Of a stretch of DNA of 64,000 nt, positions 46,937 to 55,254 are shown in pieces (position 1 is the stretch's first letter; each line of letters opens with the position of its first letter). The notes beneath the pieces are model-generated. The model made no database searches, was not told the origin of the DNA, and worked only from the letters and a program-made list of their open reading frames with translations. The stretch comes from Candidatus Altiarchaeota archaeon (GTDB lineage: Archaea; Altiarchaeota; Altiarchaeia; IMC4; SCGC-AAA252-I15): the NCBI GenBank assembly GCA_043800255.1, contig JAZDNF010000009.1, positions 160,001 through 224,000 of the forward strand. The letters are read 5' to 3'. The position numbers and the translations under genes are program-made.

Positions 46937-49777
46937 ATGAGTAATATACTATTGATGCATCCAACATCAATCAGATTATTCCTGCTGCTTGCCGTACTAG
47001 TATCTGCAGCAGCTTCTGCCCAGATGATATTTGTTGGCGTCGAGAACATACCCCCCACAGTAGGACCTGTCAACGCCAAACCTGTCACCCTTACCCCAAG
47101 CAAACAGGAGACTGTCAACTGTTGGGCTATTGTCACGGACATGAACGGTTACGGCGATTTAACCCGTTTTGAGGGAATCCTGTGGAATCCTGCCCGCACA
47201 GACAGACTGGGCAGAGACGACAACAGGACACATTATACAACAAGGACTGGAACAGGTAACTTACTTTCTCAGCTGTCCTCGAACGTGACGATAGGATTCC
47301 AGGTTCACTCACAATCCGAGCCTGGCGAATGGTACTGCGAGCTCATCGCATACGATAACTCCACGAGCGGCAGCAATGTCACAAACATGACAATATTCTC
47401 GCTTGACTGCAACAACAGCAGGAAAGACGCCGGAGAGGTTCTGACAGACTGCGGAGGGAGTGACTGTCAGCCGTGCCTCCAAGGGACTAACCTTCAGTTA
47501 ACCAGTCTCACGGGGGAGACGGTAACCGGTCTTATTATAGTCCGCTCGAACACGCCAGACAGCATAAGGATCTCGACTGTTGACGCGACAAGACTGCAGT
47601 CTGACGTGAACTCGATAAGCAGGAGCAAGATGAGCATAACACCGTATAACATAACGCTGGGGCCCTACCAGGCAGCTAACTTTAGCGTCAGGATAGAGGT
47701 ACCATCGAACATAACCCCCGGAGTCTTCACATCCAACATAAGCTTCAGGACAGACTCGCTCCCTGAGTTGAGGGCAACCTTAACGCTCAACGTGAACGCG
47801 CCAATGATAGCGCCGAGCGTTTCCAACGTCAGGATAAGCTATCCGATAGTGCTGGAAGAGGATGCGACGACCAGCGTATACTGCAACGGCTCTGTGACAG
47901 ATTATAACGGCTTCGGCAGCATAGGCTCGATTGACGCCATTTTCGGCGCAGCAGGACAGCAGGCTGGGCGAATCCAGCTGGCATCAGACGGCAGCATCAT
48001 CAGCTACGTTCCAAGCAGCGTTAACATAACACAGGCTTCGAACACGACAGGCCTCGCCACCTTCCGCTTTGAACTGGAGCCCAACACGATGACAGGCACG
48101 TGGAGGTGCACGATAACAGCGGAGGACAACACAGGCTTGACAGGTTCAAACTACTCTGATGCAGAAGTATACGGCCAATCATGCAGCAACGGCATAAGGG
48201 ACGCGGACGAGGAGCTCGCAGACTGCGGGGGCGGATGCCAGCCATGCCTACTAGGACAGGACGTATACGTTGAGACGAGACCTGGGAGGAACGTTCAGCC
48301 TATAACAGAGCTAACATCATACGCCTCCCAGCCAATTGAAATCATAGGGTACAGCATCAGCGACATGGTTTCGGACACGGGTGTCATACCTTCAGAGAAC
48401 ATAGGCGTGACACCCCCGTCACTTATTCTGAACCCATATGAAAGACGCGAGATAACAGTGAGTATCGCAATACCCCATGAGTTAAACAAAAGTTACTATA
48501 ATGGGACGATTTCAGCCAACACCGGAGTGGGAATCAGCGCGGATATGAGATCATACGTTAACATACGGAGCAGAGGGGAAGGGTGGATAAACGTCTTGAC
48601 AGACTACACCTGCATCCGATATCCAGCCTATTTGACGGTACTGGATGAGGACAGCCTCCAGCCGATCGAGAACTCCTCCATATCAGTCTACTTCGGAGGC
48701 AGCCTGTACGCCGCATTGAGCTCTGACTCTGACGGCGAGGCGAAGTTCATCCCGGAATTCGCCGGGACATACAACGTCACAGTCGAGAAAGAAAGATACA
48801 ACACTGAAGAGACACTGCTGCAGGTCACAGTCTGCGCTGAAAACGAGATGTGCAGTGACGGCATACAAAACCAGGGTGAAAGTGGGATAGACTGCGGGGG
48901 GCCGTGCCCTAACATATGCAGCTTCTGCGAGGACGGCATACTAGATGAAGGCGAAGTCGAAGTGGACTGCGGGGGACCGTGCCCGCCATGCCAGTGCCAG
49001 AACGGCTTGAAAGACGGGTGGGAGGAGGGGATAGACTGCGGAGGGCCGTGCGCCCCCTGCCCGGAGATACCGAGAGTCTCGAAACTTGTGATATCAGCCA
49101 ACAATTACGTGAAAAAGGGGGATATCCTCGACATAAGAGTCCATGACGACCTTGGCAACCCCGCAGATGCGATCGTGAGGATAAAGAAGAGGGACGGGAG
49201 CCAGATCAAGGTCAGAACCGACTCAGAGGGCAGATACCTAATGAGAGTCAACGATGTCGGAAGCATCTCGGGGAAATATGGATTTGACGACCGCTTTCAG
49301 GTTGTCGGAGAGTGGACAGTAACAGCCTACAGAGCAGGTTACCTGCCGGGAGAGCTAAGGGTTATAATACTCGACCCTGCTGCAGCTACGTCCTCGATCT
49401 TTTTAGCGGTCATCCTCGGAGGAGCGATTATTTTCCTGCTCAGGAGAAGGTCGAAGACGTTGGTCGACTATAAGGCAGCCATCTACTTGGTCAGGGAAGA
49501 CAGATTGCAGGATTATCGGAGACTGTACGTTACCGAGGACACCTTTGACAGGCTTCCCCCTGAGATACCGAAGAAGCGCTTCAGGAGGGTTCAGCTCAGC
49601 CTGGAGGACATCGAAAACGCGGAGAACGTCTCAGAGGAGTATGGGATGGACCTGGACATTGCGAAACTGCTGGTTGCAGCCGAAAAGGCAAAAGCCAGGG
49701 AAGTTCTTCTGGTCTCCGAACCGTCTGCTGGTGTAAAGCAGAAATTTCACAGAATAAAAATCAGAGTCCTGGAGTAG
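46937..49777 (+). CDS. Large surface protein: signal peptide, Ig-like and Cys-rich repeats, TM helix, cytoplasmic PIN-like tail
   Basis: Five C...E...DCGG.C..C repeats; many NxS/T sequons; TM followed by RRR. Confidence 0.75.
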   Translation: MSNILLMHPTSIRLFLLLAVLVSAAASAQMIFVGVENIPPTVGPVNAKPVTLTPSKQETVNCWAIVTDMNGYGDLTRFEGILWNPARTDRLGRDDNRTHYTTRTGTGNLLSQLSSNVTIGFQVHSQSEPGEWYCELIAYDNSTSGSNVTNMTIFSLDCNNSRKDAGEVLTDCGGSDCQPCLQGTNLQLTSLTGETVTGLIIVRSNTPDSIRISTVDATRLQSDVNSISRSKMSITPYNITLGPYQAANFSVRIEVPSNITPGVFTSNISFRTDSLPELRATLTLNVNAPMIAPSVSNVRISYPIVLEEDATTSVYCNGSVTDYNGFGSIGSIDAIFGAAGQQAGRIQLASDGSIISYVPSSVNITQASNTTGLATFRFELEPNTMTGTWRCTITAEDNTGLTGSNYSDAEVYGQSCSNGIRDADEELADCGGGCQPCLLGQDVYVETRPGRNVQPITELTSYASQPIEIIGYSISDMVSDTGVIPSENIGVTPPSLILNPYERREITVSIAIPHELNKSYYNGTISANTGVGISADMRSYVNIRSRGEGWINVLTDYTCIRYPAYLTVLDEDSLQPIENSSISVYFGGSLYAALSSDSDGEAKFIPEFAGTYNVTVEKERYNTEETLLQVTVCAENEMCSDGIQNQGESGIDCGGPCPNICSFCEDGILDEGEVEVDCGGPCPPCQCQNGLKDGWEEGIDCGGPCAPCPEIPRVSKLVISANNYVKKGDILDIRVHDDLGNPADAIVRIKKRDGSQIKVRTDSEGRYLMRVNDVGSISGKYGFDDRFQVVGEWTVTAYRAGYLPGELRVIILDPAAATSSIFLAVILGGAIIFLLRRRSKTLVDYKAAIYLVREDRLQDYRRLYVTEDTFDRLPPEIPKKRFRRVQLSLEDIENAENVSEEYGMDLDIAKLLVAAEKAKAREVLLVSEPSAGVKQKFHRIKIRVLE

Positions 49778-49810
49778 CAGGTTAAATGAGAGTGATGTGA
49801 ATAATTAGCA

Positions 49811-50743
49811 ATGAAAGAGAAGAGGATACTGTTAGCCGAGATAGCTGCCTTACTCCTTTTGGCAATTTCCGTAACGGCAACCGGGGACGTCTCTCTGACT
49901 GTTGAGATAGAGAACATACCGCCAGAGGTAGGTAGGATAACAGTAAATGACCTGGTGCTTTCCGAAAACGGGACTAATAGGGTAACCTGTGATGCGCAGG
50001 TGAGCGACAAGAACGGTAACAGTGACATATTGGACGTTAAGAGCGTGCTCTGGCATTCAGCACTGTCGGTTGAGGATGGTTCAGACAACGACACCATACA
50101 CTACAGCCTTAACGAATCGGTCTCGTCTGTGGATTCCGCGCTGGCGAAGAATGTGACATTCGCCTATGACATAGGATTGACCGCAGAACCTGGAGAATGG
50201 CTGTGCAGGATAACAGCCTACGACAACCATACGGCAGGCAGCAATCACTCATTAGCCAATGTCTATCCAATAATATGCTCGAACGGGATGCTCGACCCGG
50301 AGGAGGTTGACGTGGACTGCGGGTGGCCTTGCCCGCCATGCCCGGTAACTTCGCCGATACCCCAGCTCAGGATCTCGACTGATAAGGTAGCGGTCGTTGG
50401 CGATATACTGGAGGTGAAGGTGACCGACGAGAGGAGCAGGCCTGTCAAGACGGAGATAACGATCATCATGTCAGACGGCAAGACGATCGACCTTCAGACA
50501 AACCCTGAGGGAAAAGCATACGTCAAGGTTGAAGAGGCCGGGGCTCTTAAGAAGACAAGATTCGAGGAGAACATTTTCATGCTTGGAAGGTGGAAGATCG
50601 AGGCGGAACGGAGGGACTACCTGCCAGTCGACCTTCAGATACTGGTGGTGAACCCCGTAAGCGTTTCCACGACAATCCTGACCGCGTTGATACTGGTTAT
50701 AATTGCCATCAGCGTGTATCATCCAAAGAAGAAAGCAGATTAG
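49811..50743 (+). CDS. Short paralog of the preceding surface protein, without the cytoplasmic domain
   Basis: Shared ENIPP.VG, EPGEW.C...AYDN, one Cys repeat and GDIL...V.D; C-terminal TM. Confidence 0.75.
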   Translation: MKEKRILLAEIAALLLLAISVTATGDVSLTVEIENIPPEVGRITVNDLVLSENGTNRVTCDAQVSDKNGNSDILDVKSVLWHSALSVEDGSDNDTIHYSLNESVSSVDSALAKNVTFAYDIGLTAEPGEWLCRITAYDNHTAGSNHSLANVYPIICSNGMLDPEEVDVDCGWPCPPCPVTSPIPQLRISTDKVAVVGDILEVKVTDERSRPVKTEITIIMSDGKTIDLQTNPEGKAYVKVEEAGALKKTRFEENIFMLGRWKIEAERRDYLPVDLQILVVNPVSVSTTILTALILVIIAISVYHPKKKAD

Positions 50744-50755
50744 GGACAGTCCAGA

Positions 50756-51343
50756 ATGGTAGAACATATCGCATCGTCGAAACTTCCAACAGACTTCGGA
50801 GAGTTCGAGATTCATGCCTTCAGAGGCGTGAGCGGAGAGGAGGTAGTTGTCCTAACAAAGGGTGATGTCAGCGGCGACTCAGTGCTGCTGAGGATACATT
50901 CCGCGTGCATGACCGGCGACGTCTTCCACTCGAGGAGATGCGACTGCAGGCAGCAGCTCGAAAAGAGCATGAACCTCATGGAAAAGGATGGCAGGGGCAT
51001 TATAATCTACTTGCCTGGCCATGAGGGGAGGGGCATCGGAATCCTCAACAAGATCAGGGCATACAGGCTGCAGGATGGGGGGCTGGACACCGTGGAGGCG
51101 AACAGGAGGCTGGGTTTCGACGCCGACCTCAGGGATTTCTCATCGATTCCCGGTGTCCTCAAGCACTTCGGCGTTAAATCTGTGAGACTGCTGACCAACA
51201 ACCCGAAGAAGATAAAAGGCTTGGACGACTCAGCCATCAGGATAACCAGGGAGAGTTTGGAGGTCAAGCCTAACAAAACCAACAGGAAGTACCTTAAGGC
51301 CAAAAGGGACAGGATGGGCCACATGCTGTCAGAAGAACGATGA
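50756..51343 (+). CDS. ribA: GTP cyclohydrolase II
   Basis: RIHSACMTGDVFHSRRCDC, EGRGIG, LLTNNP and MGH. Confidence 0.96.
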   Translation: MVEHIASSKLPTDFGEFEIHAFRGVSGEEVVVLTKGDVSGDSVLLRIHSACMTGDVFHSRRCDCRQQLEKSMNLMEKDGRGIIIYLPGHEGRGIGILNKIRAYRLQDGGLDTVEANRRLGFDADLRDFSSIPGVLKHFGVKSVRLLTNNPKKIKGLDDSAIRITRESLEVKPNKTNRKYLKAKRDRMGHMLSEER

Positions 51344-52416
51344 AAGACGAACAATTTATGAGAAGAGCCCTGGAGCTGGCCTCAAAGAGCAATCCCAGCC
51401 CGAATCCCAGGGTCGGCTGCGTTATCGTGAGAGACGGCAGAATCGTAGGCGAGGGCTTCCACAGGAGGGCCGGCAGCCACCATGCCGAGGTAAACGCCTT
51501 GAGAGAGGCTGGCAGGAAGGCGATAGGAGCAACCATGTACGTGACCTTGGAGCCCTGCTGTTTTTTTGGTAGGACGCCGCCCTGTACGGACGCCGTTATC
51601 TCATCCGGAGTGAAAAAGGTCGTGGTCGCCATGAGTGACCCTAATCCCAGAGTTAATGGCAGAGGCATCCGCCTCCTGAGGAAGAGCGGCCTGAATGTTG
51701 ACGTCGGCCTCCTGGAGGACGACGCCAGGATGTTGAACCAAGCTTACATAAAGCACATAACGCAGGGGATGCCGTATGTCATCCTGAAGTCTGCGATGAC
51801 GTTGGACGGAAAAATCGCATCAAAGACCGGAGACTCCAAGTGGGTTAGCTCAGAGGCGTCGAGGAAGCTCGTGCATGAGCTTCGCGGCAATGTTGACGCA
51901 GTGGTCGTCGGCGTCAATACCATCCTGAAGGACAACCCAACGCTCACCTCCCACAGAAGAGGCAGAAGGAATCCTCTGAAGGTCGTCATGGATGGCAGAT
52001 TGAGAACTCCGCTGGACTCCAAAGTCGTCGGCGTTGGAACCTTGATCGCAACCTCGAAAAGATTTGACAGGCTGAGGAGGAAAGCTCTGGAGAGTAGAGG
52101 CGTCGAAGTGGTCGTGCTCGACGACGGCAGGGGAGGCGTCAGCTTCAGGAAGCTTCTGAAGTTCCTGAGCAGGAGGGATGTCATGTCATTGCTTGTCGAG
52201 GGCGGCGGCGAGTTGAACTGGTCTGCGCTGTCTTCCAAGGACGTTGACAGGGTTCTGTTTTTCATAGCTCCTAAGATCGTAGGTGGGAGGGATGCTGTAA
52301 CACCAGTGGAAGGCGAAGGTGTAAGGATTATGCGCAAGGCGTTCATGATTCATGACTTGTCTGTGACTCAAATAGGGGAGGATGTAAGGATTGATGGCCT
52401 TGTCTGCAGGTACTAG
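51340..52416 (+). CDS. ribD: Bifunctional pyrimidine deaminase/reductase
   Basis: PNPRVG, HAE, LEPC...GRTPPC, TLDGKIA and LVEGG. Confidence 0.96.
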   Translation: MKDEQFMRRALELASKSNPSPNPRVGCVIVRDGRIVGEGFHRRAGSHHAEVNALREAGRKAIGATMYVTLEPCCFFGRTPPCTDAVISSGVKKVVVAMSDPNPRVNGRGIRLLRKSGLNVDVGLLEDDARMLNQAYIKHITQGMPYVILKSAMTLDGKIASKTGDSKWVSSEASRKLVHELRGNVDAVVVGVNTILKDNPTLTSHRRGRRNPLKVVMDGRLRTPLDSKVVGVGTLIATSKRFDRLRRKALESRGVEVVVLDDGRGGVSFRKLLKFLSRRDVMSLLVEGGGELNWSALSSKDVDRVLFFIAPKIVGGRDAVTPVEGEGVRIMRKAFMIHDLSVTQIGEDVRIDGLVCRY

Positions 52417-52450
52417 CCTCTACAGGGGTATTTTTATAATTCAGGGACAG

Positions 52451-52566
52451 TATCGTGATAATTTCATGCATTTCTACGTTTCTTGTCGAATTTTGTCGTG
52501 AATCTGTCACGACTGAAAACGTAACCTTTTTATACTAGTCATGACTAAGTCATAACTGTCATGAAA
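52451..52566. promoter_or_regulatory. Periodic array of GTCRTGA-like palindromes around a TATA box
   Basis: Pairs start at 52451/52462, 52494/52505 and 52537/52548, plus one at 52557; TTTTTATA at 52527-52534. Confidence 0.6.
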
Positions 52567-53016
52567 GGCTCCATCAACAATCACGTGCAAGAGTTCGACG
52601 AACTCGTAGGAGACCTATCAGAATCGATACGCAACATCTCAGATCCCATGGCAGTAGGAGCCATGCTATACTCCATAGCCCAGGAAAAGAAAAGCTCAAA
52701 CCTCGTCATAAGGGACATAAACGCAAAATTCGACCAGATGATACAAAAGCTGGAAGAGATATCAGAGAAGATAGGAAAAATCAGTGACACCTTCTCAAAG
52801 AGCGACGCAAACGACGTGGAACTGTCAGAGAGAGACCAGGAAGTCCTGGACTTCATAAAAGAGAGCGAAAGAGTGTGCGCAGACGACGTCCAAGGGAAAT
52901 TCCAGTACAGGGGAAGGAACGCCGCCTCCGCAAGACTCAGCAAACTCTTCAAGGAACAAAAGGTCAAAAAGATATACGTAGGCAGGAAAGTCTACTACAC
53001 CATAAAATCAGGCTGA
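52561..53016 (+). CDS. Coiled-coil plus C-terminal winged-helix protein
   Basis: Heptad region, then LSERDQEVLDFI...AASARLSKL...GRKVYY. Confidence 0.75.
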   Translation: MKGSINNHVQEFDELVGDLSESIRNISDPMAVGAMLYSIAQEKKSSNLVIRDINAKFDQMIQKLEEISEKIGKISDTFSKSDANDVELSERDQEVLDFIKESERVCADDVQGKFQYRGRNAASARLSKLFKEQKVKKIYVGRKVYYTIKSG

Positions 53017-53040
53017 TATCACATCACCCCAACCACCCCC

Positions 53041-53139
53041 CCACCCTCGGTCCTGAAAAATGACCGAGGGTGGTCATGCTCGCATCATAGGTAATTCAGC
53101 CAAAAACCACCCCAAATCGGCCCCCGAAAGGGGGCCGAT
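53041..53139. terminator. Two perfect GC-rich hairpins between convergent genes
   Basis: 12-bp stem at 53041-53073; 10-bp stem with GAAA loop at 53116-53139. Confidence 0.5.
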
Positions 53140-53154
53140 CTACAATTCTAAGAA

Positions 53155-54117
53155 TCAGACTACGTTTCTGGCAAACCACTCGGCGTCAAATGCTTTTAGG
53201 TCAGAGTACGACTGACCTATGCCGACGAAGAGTATTGGCTTCCTTATCTCAGAGGTTATGGATATGGCAGAACCTCCCTTGGCATCGGCATCCATCTTAG
53301 ACAGTATTATGCCATCAACGCCGACCATTTCATTGAATTGCCTGGCCTGCTCCAGCGCGTCATTCCCTGTCAGCGCGTCTCCCACGAAAACTTTAAGATT
53401 AGGCTTGTTAACTCTCACGATCTTCCGGAGCTCGTCCATGAGGTTGACGTTGGTCTGCATCCTGCCAGCCGAATCCGCGAGGACGACGTCAACGCCCCTT
53501 GCGCGGGCGTGCGCGACTGCGTCGAATACGACTGCTGCCGAATCAGCCCCCCTCTCGTGCGAGATTACCTTGATGCCAAGAGCATCGGCGTGCCGTTTTA
53601 TCTGCTCTATCGCACCGGCCCGGAACGTGTCGCCTGCGGCCAAAACGACGCTGAAGCCGTTGTCCATCAGGTATCTGGCGAACTTCGCCATAGTAGTAGT
53701 CTTGCCTGTGCCGTTCACTCCCAGAAACAGTATCAGGTAGGGTTTCTCAGAATTCCGGATCGTCTGGACGATGTCAACGCTGCCGCCCGACAGTAGGATA
53801 TCCGCCAGTATGCCCCTGAGAGTGTCCTTGAGGAAGCTGTCGAGTTTGCCGGTCTCAACTTCGGAGTCGACCAGCTTCTCCTTCAGCATTCGACCTATCC
53901 GCTCAGCGGTCTCGGCGGCGACGTCGCTCTGCATGAGGTCAATCTGCAAATCCCACAGCAGGTTGTCAAGGTCTGACTCCGTCAGCCTCACCTTCCCGGA
54001 GACGAGGGATTTTACCCTGCTGGTGGCGGTGATTTTCTTCTGCGGATGCGATTCCTCACACTGCTCCTCAGTCCTTCGTATGAAAGAGTCAAATCTCTTC
54101 CTCAGGGATTCGAACAT
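53155..54117 (-). CDS. ftsY: SRP receptor FtsY
   Basis: GVNGTGKTTT, DTFRAGA, DSAGR, KMDADAKGG and GIGQ. Confidence 0.97.
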   Translation of the reverse strand: MFESLRKRFDSFIRRTEEQCEESHPQKKITATSRVKSLVSGKVRLTESDLDNLLWDLQIDLMQSDVAAETAERIGRMLKEKLVDSEVETGKLDSFLKDTLRGILADILLSGGSVDIVQTIRNSEKPYLILFLGVNGTGKTTTMAKFARYLMDNGFSVVLAAGDTFRAGAIEQIKRHADALGIKVISHERGADSAAVVFDAVAHARARGVDVVLADSAGRMQTNVNLMDELRKIVRVNKPNLKVFVGDALTGNDALEQARQFNEMVGVDGIILSKMDADAKGGSAISITSEIRKPILFVGIGQSYSDLKAFDAEWFARNVV

Positions 54118-54127
54118 TTTTAGAAGA

Positions 54128-54556
54128 CTAGCCTCGCATGCCCTGCATCAGGGTCTCAGCCTCCTGGTTGAGACCGCTTATCCTTCTGCTGAGCTCGACA
54201 GCCGATTTCTGGAGGCCTTCCAATGAGCCTGTCAGGCTCTTCACCCGCCCTTCCAATATTTCTTTCGCTTCGCTGACTGATTTCTCCAAGGAGATGTCGC
54301 CTCCGACGCCTACCAGAATCTTCTGATTGTCGGCAAGCTTCGCCTTGACGTATGAGCCGCTCCCTATCGGGACTATCAGCTCCGACCCGACCTTGTTCTG
54401 GGATATCCCCTCGATAGCCAGCATCGTGGACTTCAAGTCCATGACGGTAACGTCTATCATCTGTATCTGCTTGTTGAGAGCCTCAAGCTGCTGCCGTCCA
54501 TACTCCAACTGCCCTACTATTTCCTGCAACCTTTCCTGCCTGTTTTCGCCTGCCAT
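54128..54556 (-). CDS. pfdA: Prefoldin alpha subunit
   Basis: Coiled coils flanking LIVPIGSGSYV..ILVGVG; adjacent to ftsY. Confidence 0.92.
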   Translation of the reverse strand: MAGENRQERLQEIVGQLEYGRQQLEALNKQIQMIDVTVMDLKSTMLAIEGISQNKVGSELIVPIGSGSYVKAKLADNQKILVGVGGDISLEKSVSEAKEILEGRVKSLTGSLEGLQKSAVELSRRISGLNQEAETLMQGMRG

Positions 54557-54557
54557 C

Positions 54558-55229
54558 TTAATCGTTCCTCATTATGTCGTGTTCCTTTCCCTTTCCGACT
54601 ATGACAATCTCGGGCTGCCTTATGGAGAATATGCCGTTCTCCAGCACGCCGGGGATGTTGTTGAGCTCCGTCTCAAGGGCGAGGGGGTCCGAAAAATCAA
54701 GACCCTTCACGTCGATTATTACATTGCCGTTGTCGGTCTTGAATCCCTTCCTGATCTCCGCGCCCTCCCCTATCTCCAGCAGCTCGTTCAGGACATAGTT
54801 CTGGGCGAAGGGTATTACCTCTATAGGAAGCGGGAAAGTCCCGATTTTCTTCACAAGCTTTGACTCGTCGACTATCACCACGTATTTTAGGGCGGCTGAT
54901 GCTACGATCTTCTCCCTTGTGAGCGCCCCGCCACCCCCTTTTATGAGGTTGAACTTCTTGTCAACCTCATCGGCGCCGTCGACGCAGAGGTCAAGTATGT
55001 TCTTGTCGTTCAGCTCGGCAGTCGGGATTCCGAGGGATTTGGCCAGCTTCTTTGTCCTCTCCGATGTTGGTATTCCGAGCACTGACAGGCCCTTTTTGAC
55101 CTCCTTAGCCAAGGCCTCGATGAAGCATTCTGCCGTTGAGCCAGTGCCGAGGCCGACGGTCATGCCGTCCTCCACGTACTTCAAAGCCGCTGTCGCAGCG
55201 GTCTTTTTTGATATTTCGGCTGATGCCAT
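54558..55229 (-). CDS. rpiA: Ribose-5-phosphate isomerase A
   Basis: GLGTGST, DGADEV and IKGGGGALTREK. Confidence 0.97.
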   Translation of the reverse strand: MASAEISKKTAATAALKYVEDGMTVGLGTGSTAECFIEALAKEVKKGLSVLGIPTSERTKKLAKSLGIPTAELNDKNILDLCVDGADEVDKKFNLIKGGGGALTREKIVASAALKYVVIVDESKLVKKIGTFPLPIEVIPFAQNYVLNELLEIGEGAEIRKGFKTDNGNVIIDVKGLDFSDPLALETELNNIPGVLENGIFSIRQPEIVIVGKGKEHDIMRND

Positions 55230-55254
55230 CCTAAAGTTATTGTATTAGTTTAAA

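Noticed and set aside
48850-49065. DNA tandem repeats (GACTGCGGGGG...)
   Set aside because: They are explained by the DCGGPC protein repeats of the surface protein.
53116-53139. SECIS element
   Set aside because: It is a perfect stem without the GAA/A internal loop, and no adjacent gene needs UGA read-through.
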